Source: Oligoflexus sp. (GTDB taxonomy: Bacteria > Bdellovibrionota_B > Oligoflexia > Oligoflexales > Oligoflexaceae). From it: DNA of 10,736 bases. Made by a program: the position numbers and the translations under genes. This document shows, piece by piece, positions 1-6,699 of the stretch. The stretch is from the NCBI GenBank assembly GCA_041736305.1, contig JBGSTX010000114.1, forward strand, positions 1 through 10,736, in the 5' to 3' direction. How positions within the stretch are numbered: the stretch's first letter is position 1; each line of letters opens with the position of its first letter. The notes under the pieces were generated by a model, which had not been told where the DNA came from, did no database searches, and worked only from the letters and a program-made list of their open reading frames with translations.

Positions 1-1
1 T

Positions 2-907
2 ACCTTTAACCAGGACTATACACGCCTCTCTGCAGCGGACGAGTCCTGGGATGGTCCAGGTAGCTTGGCGGCATTTGAAATTAAAGACGGGCAGGGTCGC
101 CTGACGCCTATGAATTCAACTCCTTCGGACAGCCCTGTTCACCTTACTGTCGATCCCAGTGGTCGCTGGCTGCTGGCTGCTTCATATTCGAGTGGACACC
201 TCATGAGCTTTCCTCTCGATGCCGATGGTCGGGTCGGCGAGCAGCATGATAGCGCATTTGCCGGCGAGAAGACTCATCAAGTAGTGTTTTTGTCGTCGGG
301 GCGTGTACTGGTGCCCTCACTAGGTTCGCAGACGATTGCTCAGTTTAATTTTCATGAAGGCCGGCTAGTCGCGAGTTCCGTACCTAAGATTAAAGTCAGG
401 GGTGACGGCCCCCGGCACCTAGCTGTTCATCCTACCCGACCCTTCGTCTATCTGGTGAATGAACTCTCGTCCACCGTCGAAGCCTACCGGGTAAGCGACG
501 ACGGTCTTGAGCCTATAGGCGAAGAGCTTTCGACTATACCGGAAGGAGCTGAAAAAAAAGCCGCCGAGATCCAGGTGCATCCTTCCGGCCGCTTCGTTTA
601 CAGCTCAAATAGGGGAGATGATTCCATCGCTGTCTTTCAAGTCCAAGATTCTGGAGAACTCGAGCGGATTGCGATAACTAAGTCGGGCGGAGCGATTCCA
701 AGACACTTTTCCATTGATCCAAGCGGTCAGTGGATGCTGGTGGCCAATGAAGGCAGTTCCAGCATTACGACCCTGCGCATTGATCAGGAATCAGGGCTCC
801 TTACGCGGAGCGGATTTCAGGTTCACTTCGCAAGCCCTCAGTTCGTTGAGGTGCTGCCAGGACAACCATCGCTCCTGCGAACAGTTACTAATCCCCGTAT
901 CCAATAA
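2..907 (+). CDS. pgl: Lactonase-family protein (6-phosphogluconolactonase/cycloisomerase-2-like seven-bladed beta-propeller), 5' partial
   Basis: The frame is open from nt 2 (TFNQDYTRLSAADESWDGPGSLAAF...), so the TTG at 65 is not the true start. Family motifs: SPVHLTVDPSGRWLLAASYSSG, GPRHLAVHP, YLVNELSSTV, AAEIQVHPSGRFVYSSNRGDDSIAVF, PRHFSIDPSGQWMLVANE. Stop TAA at 905-907. The family is secure. The exact substrate, and therefore the pgl symbol, is less certain. Confidence 0.88.
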   Translation, partial: TFNQDYTRLSAADESWDGPGSLAAFEIKDGQGRLTPMNSTPSDSPVHLTVDPSGRWLLAASYSSGHLMSFPLDADGRVGEQHDSAFAGEKTHQVVFLSSGRVLVPSLGSQTIAQFNFHEGRLVASSVPKIKVRGDGPRHLAVHPTRPFVYLVNELSSTVEAYRVSDDGLEPIGEELSTIPEGAEKKAAEIQVHPSGRFVYSSNRGDDSIAVFQVQDSGELERIAITKSGGAIPRHFSIDPSGQWMLVANEGSSSITTLRIDQESGLLTRSGFQVHFASPQFVEVLPGQPSLLRTVTNPRIQ

Positions 908-3200
908 CACCAGGAGCCGGCACGGTACCCGAGACGATCTTTCCAGTACCGAGCTGCCCATAGGTGTTCGAGCCCCAGCACTTCATGGTAGCATCATCAA
1001 ATATTGCGCAGGTATGGAGGCGACCGGCCGCTATACTCGAGACAGCACGATCCGACTGCATGGGAACTGCTAGCTGGGGGGCTTCGAGATGATTGATGCC
1101 ATCGCCATAGCCGAGCTGACCCTCTTCATTGCCACCCCAACATTGAACGGTTCTGTCAGCCATGATCGAACAGGTATGGGCCAGGCCAGCTGAAATATGG
1201 AGAGCTGAGCTACCAAGATTCAAACTGCTGACAGGGGGCGTCCTGCGTTCGCTTGTGTCGCCATAGCCCAGCTGCCCAGCCTGGTTACGGCCCCAGCATT
1301 TAACTGAGCCGTCAAAGAGCAAGGCACAGCTATGATAGGCTCCGACGGCTAGTTCTCGCACTCTCGCCCCAGGCCCCAGATCCAGGGCCGCAAGTGGTGC
1401 GGATAGAGTATGAGTGATCCCATAGCCCGACTGTCCGTAGGTATTATCTCCCCAGCATTTCAAGGTATCGTCTTCAAGAACTGCGCAGCTATGATAAGAA
1501 CCTAGCTGCAGAGACTTGGCCTTCTGCCCGCCGAGATTGACGACGTTCATCGAAGCTTGCAGGCGACTCTGAAAGTCACCGTAGCCTAGCTGCCCCGACG
1601 CATTAGATCCCCAGCAGACTACTTCCCCATCATCGCGGATGATGCAGGTGTGAGCGAATCCCGTCGCGATAACGCGTGCCGTATGCCCGCCTAAAGCTAG
1701 CGGACTTGCGGGCGGCGCGCTGCGCTTGAGAGTGTCGCCGTAGCCGAGTTGGCCAAAATTATTCTGCCCCCAGCACTTTACCGTGCCATCGTTAAGAACC
1801 GCACAGCTGTGGGAATAATTGACCGAGATCGAACTTGCGGTTTTACCGTTGCCAATTTGAACTGGAAAAGCCGGAGGAAGATAGCGATCGCGTCCTTCTC
1901 CATACTGATTAGCATCGCCATAGCCGAGCTCTTGCTCGAAGTTATAACCCCAGCAAGATACCGTTCCATCATCGAGAATGGCACAGGAATGAGATCCACC
2001 ACTGCTGACCTGCAGCGCAAAAACGCGGACATCGTAGTCGAAGGAAATCTGCACGCGATCGCTAGCGGAATTGCCAGCCCTGTCACTCACGCTAAGCTGG
2101 ATTTCATAGATACCTGCCTGGTCGACAACCAGAGCCGTATCTTCGCTTGTTGGGGCGGAGAAGATCACGCGACCTGGCCCCTGAACGAGAGACCATTGAT
2201 AACTGTTGGCACCGTTGCTCGAAGCATCGAGGCTGGCTCGAAACTTCAGGCTCAGGTCCTGACCTAGCTCTACCGAAGGTGGAGTCGTATCCCAGCTAAA
2301 GTTAATTTCATCATAGGCTGTCGCACCATTCGCAGCGGTAATAGCCAAACGCAGAACATAGATACCGTCCTTGTCAGCACTTACAAGGGTGTCTTCAGCA
2401 TCGGGCGTAGCAAATCTGATGCTGCCTGGCCCTGAAATCTGTGACCAACTGTAGCTGAGTGCTCGGTTGCCAGCAGCGTCGATGAGGACTTCTTTGTTGC
2501 TGATAATATCCTGGCCGAGGCTCACCGAAGGGAGAGTCGTTTCCCAGATAAAAATCATGTCAGATGAGGTGATGTTTCCCACCTTGTCTGACGCGCTAAG
2601 ACGAATCCTATAAACTCCATCGAGACTCGCACTGATACCTGTCTTGCTGCTCTGTGGATTTGTAAAGGAGATCAGTCCGGGACCTTCGACCTGAGTCCAC
2701 TGGATGAGTGCCGCATCTGAACTGACGCCAGCATCGACACTTATTTCTCTAAAAGTTCTAATTTCAGGACTCAGGTTGACTTGAGGGGCTTGTGTGTCCC
2801 AAAGAATTTGTACGTCGTCGTAAGCAGTTCGGCCTTCGGCGTTAGTGACTGTGAGCCGAAGCCAATAGAAGCCGTCCTGATCAGCGCTGAATAGGGTATC
2901 TTCTGTGTCTGGCGTTCGGATGAAAGCTTGGCCCGGACCAGCCAGCTTTTCCCAGCTCCATCCCACGGCATTGCTTGTTTCCGCATCGAGGTAAACTTCA
3001 GCATTTCCCATGCGTAAGGCACCTAGGTCAACCTTAGGGACCTGGCTAGTCTCTTGATTCAAAACTCCCTGCGAATCCTCTGCTTTCGACTCGCTATTCG
3101 GACTCTTAGCTGTATGCTTTGATTCTCTAGATTTTAGGCAGCCAACGCCAAATAAAATCAAAGGCAGCACAATGCTTACGCCACGTAAAACTAGCTTCAT
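888..3200 (-). CDS. Predicted lipoprotein with 4 PKD/Ig-like (K319L-like) repeats and 7 RCC1-like repeats
   Basis: ATG at 3200 is preferred over TTG at 3215 because GGAGGGGG lies 5 nt upstream. The N-terminus MKLVLRGVSIVLPLILFGVG|C resembles a lipoprotein signal with a non-canonical -3 residue. There are four ~84-aa repeats with W-x4-GPG...D(Q/K/L)xGxYxxxLxx, then seven repeats with H(S/T)C-x4-D-x4-CWGxNxxGQLGYG. Stop TAG at 888-890. Confidence 0.92.
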   Translation of the reverse strand: MKLVLRGVSIVLPLILFGVGCLKSRESKHTAKSPNSESKAEDSQGVLNQETSQVPKVDLGALRMGNAEVYLDAETSNAVGWSWEKLAGPGQAFIRTPDTEDTLFSADQDGFYWLRLTVTNAEGRTAYDDVQILWDTQAPQVNLSPEIRTFREISVDAGVSSDAALIQWTQVEGPGLISFTNPQSSKTGISASLDGVYRIRLSASDKVGNITSSDMIFIWETTLPSVSLGQDIISNKEVLIDAAGNRALSYSWSQISGPGSIRFATPDAEDTLVSADKDGIYVLRLAITAANGATAYDEINFSWDTTPPSVELGQDLSLKFRASLDASSNGANSYQWSLVQGPGRVIFSAPTSEDTALVVDQAGIYEIQLSVSDRAGNSASDRVQISFDYDVRVFALQVSSGGSHSCAILDDGTVSCWGYNFEQELGYGDANQYGEGRDRYLPPAFPVQIGNGKTASSISVNYSHSCAVLNDGTVKCWGQNNFGQLGYGDTLKRSAPPASPLALGGHTARVIATGFAHTCIIRDDGEVVCWGSNASGQLGYGDFQSRLQASMNVVNLGGQKAKSLQLGSYHSCAVLEDDTLKCWGDNTYGQSGYGITHTLSAPLAALDLGPGARVRELAVGAYHSCALLFDGSVKCWGRNQAGQLGYGDTSERRTPPVSSLNLGSSALHISAGLAHTCSIMADRTVQCWGGNEEGQLGYGDGINHLEAPQLAVPMQSDRAVSSIAAGRLHTCAIFDDATMKCWGSNTYGQLGTGKIVSGTVPAPGVIGYGD
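891..2030 (-). repeat. Seven RCC1/BLIP-II-like blades (protein level)
   Basis: Seven HSC/HTC...CWG-x-N units: CWGYN, CWGQN, CWGSN, CWGDN, CWGRN, CWGGN, CWGSN. An exact 18-nt DNA repeat CATCGCCATAGCCGAGCT at 1100-1117 and 1913-1930 encodes the LGYGD motif. Confidence 0.92.
2031..3038 (-). repeat. Four tandem PKD/Ig-like domain repeats (protein level)
   Basis: Units begin PKVDLG, PQVNLS, PSVSLG and PSVELG. Each has W-x4-GPG and a GxYxxxL strand. They end WDTQA, WETTL, WDTTP and FDYD. Confidence 0.85.
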
Positions 3201-3243
3201 AGCTTCCCCCTCCAAAATGCCTACTCACAATTGGACGGTTGGT

Positions 3244-3270
3244 TTATCGGCACCTTTTTTCCGTAGTGGA
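3244..3270 (-). promoter_or_regulatory. Putative sigma28 (FliA)-type promoter of the PKD-RCC1 gene
   Basis: The minus strand reads GCCGATAA at 3251-3244, a perfect sigma28 -10 consensus, 43 nt upstream of the ATG and in the correct orientation. The -35 position 15 nt upstream reads TCCA, a weak match to TAAA. Confidence 0.5.
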
Positions 3271-3386
3271 CACTTTACGAAAAAGCTGAAGAGTTACAGC
3301 TGGGTCTTTGGCTTGGAACTTGGAAAATGACTATCGGTAAAGCTGAGGAAAATTCAATTTCGCTTGCTAGTTTATTGATATGAAAA

Positions 3387-3406
3387 GATTAATCGCGATT
3401 TAAATC
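3387..3406. promoter_or_regulatory. Overlapping palindromes upstream of chrA, possible operator
   Basis: GATTAATCGCGATTTAAATC contains three perfect palindromes: GATTAATC (3387-3394), AATCGCGATT (3391-3400) and GATTTAAATC (3397-3406). It lies 28 nt before the GTG start. Confidence 0.3.
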
Positions 3407-3434
3407 CTACGATGTTTGCCGCGGGAGGCACGAA

Positions 3435-4577
3435 GTGCAGTCTCTGAAGGAGATCACTATTGTTTTTCTTAAGCTCGGGCTCACCTCCTTTGGAGGTCCG
3501 GCTGCCCATGTAGCGCTTATGGAACGCGAGCTCGTGACCCGAAGGGCTTGGCTGTCTCGACAGACTTTTCTCGACATGCATGCAGCTTCGCAGATAATTC
3601 CAGGCCCCAACTCGACAGAGCTAGCCCTCCATATAGGACTTTTGCGCGGTGGTTACCCTGGATTTTTCGCCGCTGGTCTGGCTTTCATTCTGCCCGCCGC
3701 GCTGATCGTTGGAAGCTGCGCATATGCCTACCAGCTCTATGGCACCTTGCCTGCCTTTGCATCGCTTCTCTACGGCATAAAACCAGTTATTATTGCTGTG
3801 ATACTCGACGCTTTATGGAAGCTCGGTAAGTCGGCTTTGAAGACGGAACTGCTTTTCTATATTAGCTTCATTGCCGCGCTTATTAATTGGGCTGGTCTCA
3901 ATGAGATTCTAGTCCTGCTTATCAGTGGTCTGGCTCATTACAGTTTAACGAGGGCCAGAGCCCCTCTTGCCGATGCTGGTGCCGCTCTTGTCGGAACTTC
4001 AGCCATTGCTCAGATAGGTGGAGGGCTGGGACTATTGGGCACTGCGCCTCAGCTGAGTGGTCTATTTCTCATTTTCCTCAAGGCCGGATCACTGCTGTTT
4101 GGCGGTGGATATGTGCTCTTAGCCTTTCTTAGAGCCGACTTAGTCGAAAACCTGGGCTGGCTCACCGAAGCTCAACTCCTCGATGCCGTAGCCATTGGCC
4201 AGTTCACACCTGGACCACTTTTTACTACGGCTACATTCATCGGCTATCTTTTGAAAGGTCCAGCTGGAGCTTTGGTAGCTACGATTGGAATTTTTCTGCC
4301 TGCTTTTGTCTTTGTCGCCCTCAGCGCGCCTTACATTCCCCGCTTACGAAAATCTCCCGCAATGTCAGCCATTCTCGACGGTCTTAACGCCGCATCCCTC
4401 TCCCTTATGGCTGTTGTCACTGTCAATCTCGGCGTCGAAACTCTCCAGGACTTTCCGGCTATCCTTATCACTCTAGTCAGTCTCTTCTTACTTTTGCGCT
4501 TCCAGGTAAGCAGTACCTGGCTTGTACTAGGAGGAGCTCTCTTAGGGTTTTTCATGCAAAACTCAGCCTTGATTTGA
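3435..4577 (+). CDS. chrA: Chromate efflux transporter, long-chain (two-domain) CHR family
   Basis: GTG start with GGGAGG upstream. There are two CHR signature halves: FGGPAAHVALMERELVTRRAWLS...SQIIPGPNSTELALHIG and FGGGYVLLAFLRADLVENLGWLT...GQFTPGPLFTTATFIG. The 380-aa protein is highly hydrophobic. Confidence 0.95.
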   Translation: MQSLKEITIVFLKLGLTSFGGPAAHVALMERELVTRRAWLSRQTFLDMHAASQIIPGPNSTELALHIGLLRGGYPGFFAAGLAFILPAALIVGSCAYAYQLYGTLPAFASLLYGIKPVIIAVILDALWKLGKSALKTELLFYISFIAALINWAGLNEILVLLISGLAHYSLTRARAPLADAGAALVGTSAIAQIGGGLGLLGTAPQLSGLFLIFLKAGSLLFGGGYVLLAFLRADLVENLGWLTEAQLLDAVAIGQFTPGPLFTTATFIGYLLKGPAGALVATIGIFLPAFVFVALSAPYIPRLRKSPAMSAILDGLNAASLSLMAVVTVNLGVETLQDFPAILITLVSLFLLLRFQVSSTWLVLGGALLGFFMQNSALI

Positions 4578-4684
4578 AGCAGAGCACGAGCTAGCTCATC
4601 TATAATCCTAAGAGCTGCGACTTCAAAATACGCTGGTAAAAAACTAGTATGTGCCTGGGGCTTTGCGATAATCTCAGAAGGTCT

Positions 4685-4717
4685 GGTTTCGTTCTTTTTC
4701 TCGAAAAGGAGTAAACC
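4685..4717 (+). promoter_or_regulatory. RBS-sequestering RNA hairpin upstream of the small ORF
   Basis: GGUUU(C)GUUCUUUUU-CUCG-AAAAGGAGUAAACC folds into 14 bp with a single C bulge and 3 G-U pairs. The 3' arm contains the SD AAGGAG (4706-4711). The G-U pairs form only on the + strand. Confidence 0.45.
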
Positions 4718-4720
4718 TGT

Positions 4721-4942
4721 ATGGAAATTTCTAGTAGCAGTCATGACTCTATGGATAATTCTCGCCACAAATGGAAGCACACGGGAGGCCTAGAGTTCGA
4801 AAGGGCTTTGCAGCGTTATTACAAGCAGCTCATGTCCGCGAAGAATCAGCCATCCGCAGCTAGTGACGTTCAATTGCAGCGAGAAATTCATGCCGAAGGA
4901 GAGGGCCGAAATCAAAGCTCTTCAGCCCCCTACCACATGTGA
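4721..4942 (+). CDS. Small hypothetical protein (73 aa)
   Basis: ATG with AAGGAG 9 nt upstream. The ORF fills the otherwise empty gap between chrA and the mannanase terminator. It is hydrophilic with a short helical-looking core (LEFERALQRYYKQLM). I recognise no family. Confidence 0.55.
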   Translation: MEISSSSHDSMDNSRHKWKHTGGLEFERALQRYYKQLMSAKNQPSAASDVQLQREIHAEGEGRNQSSSAPYHM

Positions 4943-4970
4943 ATCAAAAGTAGCTTAAAAACTCCCAATC

Positions 4971-4999
4971 AAAAACAAAAGCCGGTAAAAAGGCCGGCT
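4971..4999 (-). terminator. Rho-independent terminator of the GH5 gene
   Basis: Minus strand: AGCCGG-(8-nt loop)-CCGGCT followed by TTTGTTTTT. It begins 10 nt after the TGA stop at 5010. Confidence 0.75.
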
Positions 5000-5009
5000 C
5001 AAATCGCTT

Positions 5010-6647
5010 TCAAGCCTTACAGCTGCAACCGCCTGAAGTTGGATACTGCTTTGCTGCTTCTGGATGGGCCAGGCAGAGATCTTTATTGGTCGTCCATCCC
5101 CAAGCGCTAGAATCGGCGCTGCCGTTGTCACACTTAGGAAAAGGATCTGCAAGTTCTCCCACTCCTGGCACTGGCAGATAGCAACGCTTTCCTTCTGGAT
5201 CACTACCGTAGCGCTTCTCATCAACGCTGGTATTTTTCGGACAGATAGAGACGCATTGATCGAAGCGTCCGTAAGGAACGTGCTCGTTCATACAGCTGAC
5301 CTGAAATTCTACCGCCAGACCTTCGGGAGATCTCTCCCAATTTCCTGAACTCTTAATTGCGAGAGGAAAAGTGAAGTCATCGTCATCGGCCGGCTGCTCG
5401 TCTCGAAGAAGGGGAACGGCTTGCCAGACCATAGTACCTGCAAACCCTGCTTCGGTCGCCATGCGGAACATCCGTGAGAGATAGTAAGGTCGATCGAGCT
5501 TATAATCTTTTTGACCATAGTTGTCAGGTCGCTCGTTGAAGCCTGTTTCTTCGAGAATAATTGGCTTCTTCACTGATTTAGCGATGCTAGCCCTATGTTC
5601 GAAAATGCACTTCTTCACCCACGGAAGCTCGCTCGGCGCGATATTCCAGTTATCGGGATAGACGTGAGTCGTCAGAAAATCGATGTCTTTGATCGTCGCA
5701 TTGCGGGCATAGTCAGTCCCCTTCGACCCATTGTGAATCCACTGATGTTTCTCCCGACACTCTGACTCTAATCCGTCGGGTCTGGCTAGATAGCCTTCTT
5801 CACCGTGGCTGAGAAGGTGCTTACTATCGACCGTTTTCACGAAGGCACTGAATTTAGACAGCCATTCGTAGACGAGGGTTCCTGGTTCAGCACCTTTTAC
5901 TTTGCCGTCTCGGCAATCGCTCTCGGAATAGCCCCGACTTGTGCATTCGTAATAGTCCTTCGTATGCGGTTCGTTGGCCAATTCGATGGCCATTATACTG
6001 GGCTCGTCCCTATACTCGCGGCCAGTGTAGGGATTTTTACGCTCCAGAAGAGCTCTTGTATAGGCTGTAAAGCGATCCCAGACTTTGTCGTTCGTATAGA
6101 AAAGATGCTTATCGCTACCGCCACCGAGCGTATTTTCCACCCACCATTCCATCCCGCAGTATTCGTGTTCAAAGTTCACGAGAGGAAGGATGACTTTAAC
6201 CCCTGTCCGCGAAGCAGCCGCCAATACATAGTCGAGTTTATCGATGGCCTCAGTCTGAAAGCGGATAGGTGAGCTTGCGATACCTTCAGGGCTAATAATG
6301 GAGGGCGAAGAGGTATGGCCTTTAGCGCCTTCACAGGAAAAACCCCAGACCCGAACAACCTTTACTCCGGATTTTACATAACCGTCGAAAACATCGTCGA
6401 CCAAAGGATAAGTCGTCCGCCCATATGCGTCGGTCGATTTATAATCCTTACCTGAAAATCGGTCGGATAGGGCCAATCGATAGAAGTTTGAACCAACGAA
6501 GAAAAAATCTTCCTGGCCCAACTTAAAGCGCCCATTCTCCACTCTGACGAAGTCCTGCTTAGAGGCCAAAGCCTCAGTACCCATAAGCGACATATACGTC
6601 ACTAAACCCATCAATGGAGCCAAAAAGTATCTCATCGAAGCTCTCAT
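5010..6647 (-). CDS. Secreted glycoside hydrolase family 5, endo-1,4-beta-mannanase-like (GH5_7-like), with Cys-rich C-terminal extension
   Basis: ATG with GGAAGAGG upstream. Signal peptide ending ...TEALA|SK. Motifs: FVGSNFY, VVRVWGF, LDYVLAAA, NPYTGREYRDEPSIMAIELANEP (acid/base Glu, 5970-5972), GEEGY, IDFLTTHVYPDNW, KPIILEETG (nucleophile Glu, 5547-5549) and GTMVWQ. Confidence 0.9.
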   Translation of the reverse strand: MRASMRYFLAPLMGLVTYMSLMGTEALASKQDFVRVENGRFKLGQEDFFFVGSNFYRLALSDRFSGKDYKSTDAYGRTTYPLVDDVFDGYVKSGVKVVRVWGFSCEGAKGHTSSPSIISPEGIASSPIRFQTEAIDKLDYVLAAASRTGVKVILPLVNFEHEYCGMEWWVENTLGGGSDKHLFYTNDKVWDRFTAYTRALLERKNPYTGREYRDEPSIMAIELANEPHTKDYYECTSRGYSESDCRDGKVKGAEPGTLVYEWLSKFSAFVKTVDSKHLLSHGEEGYLARPDGLESECREKHQWIHNGSKGTDYARNATIKDIDFLTTHVYPDNWNIAPSELPWVKKCIFEHRASIAKSVKKPIILEETGFNERPDNYGQKDYKLDRPYYLSRMFRMATEAGFAGTMVWQAVPLLRDEQPADDDDFTFPLAIKSSGNWERSPEGLAVEFQVSCMNEHVPYGRFDQCVSICPKNTSVDEKRYGSDPEGKRCYLPVPGVGELADPFPKCDNGSADSSAWGWTTNKDLCLAHPEAAKQYPTSGGCSCKA

Positions 6648-6683
6648 GTGATCCTCTTCCAGAAATTTCTTAGAAAAAATTCA

Positions 6684-6699
6684 TACTGAATTATCAGTA
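6684..6699. promoter_or_regulatory. Inverted repeat upstream of the GH5 gene, possible operator
   Basis: TACTGA-ATTA-TCAGTA, a perfect 6-bp inverted repeat in an AT-rich region 36 nt upstream of the ATG. Confidence 0.3.

Noticed and set aside
1100..1930. Recurring GCC(A/G)TAGCC(G/C/T)AG motif at roughly 160-nt intervals, resembling a CRISPR or DNA repeat array
   Set aside because: It is the reverse complement of the QLGYG codons in the RCC1 blades. It is degenerate at synonymous positions and lies inside an intact ORF, with no cas genes present.
714..3022. Alternative ORFs 714-1073, 1749-2267, 1778-2086 and 2771-3022
   Set aside because: They are shadow frames overlapping the well-supported lactonase and PKD-RCC1 genes and have no recognisable motifs.
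3201..3215. TTG start at 3215 for the RCC1 gene
   Set aside because: This segment is the SD of the ATG at 3200, which gives a clean signal peptide.
3331..3357. Second sigma28-like -10 (ACCGATAG) as an independent promoter
   Set aside because: It has two mismatches and no -35 match at the expected spacing. It is mentioned only as supporting context.
3435..4577. chrA as part of a metal-resistance island or transposon
   Set aside because: There is no transposase, integrase, terminal repeat or other resistance gene nearby.
4574..4606. sigma70 promoter TTGAAG...TATAAT for the small ORF
   Set aside because: The -10 is perfect, but the spacer to the candidate -35 is 21 nt and there is no extended -10 TG, so the call is not supportable.
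4578..4684. Known riboswitch aptamer (fluoride, c-di-GMP, etc.) upstream of the RBS hairpin
   Set aside because: I could not match conserved aptamer motifs by eye. An Rfam search would be needed.
4331..4780. 149-aa minus-strand ORF, and the other short ORFs over chrA (3372-3581, 3407-3610, 3548-3829, 4285-4476)
   Set aside because: They are antisense or out-of-frame to chrA, with no motifs.
4955..6358. ORFs 4955-5224, 5064-5348, 5309-5518, 5805-6272 and 6176-6358
   Set aside because: They are shadows of the GH5 gene. ORF 4955-5224 also runs through that gene's terminator.
6684..6699. LexA SOS box (TACTG...CAGTA)
   Set aside because: The CTG-CAG spacing is 6 nt, not the 10 nt of the E. coli-type box.
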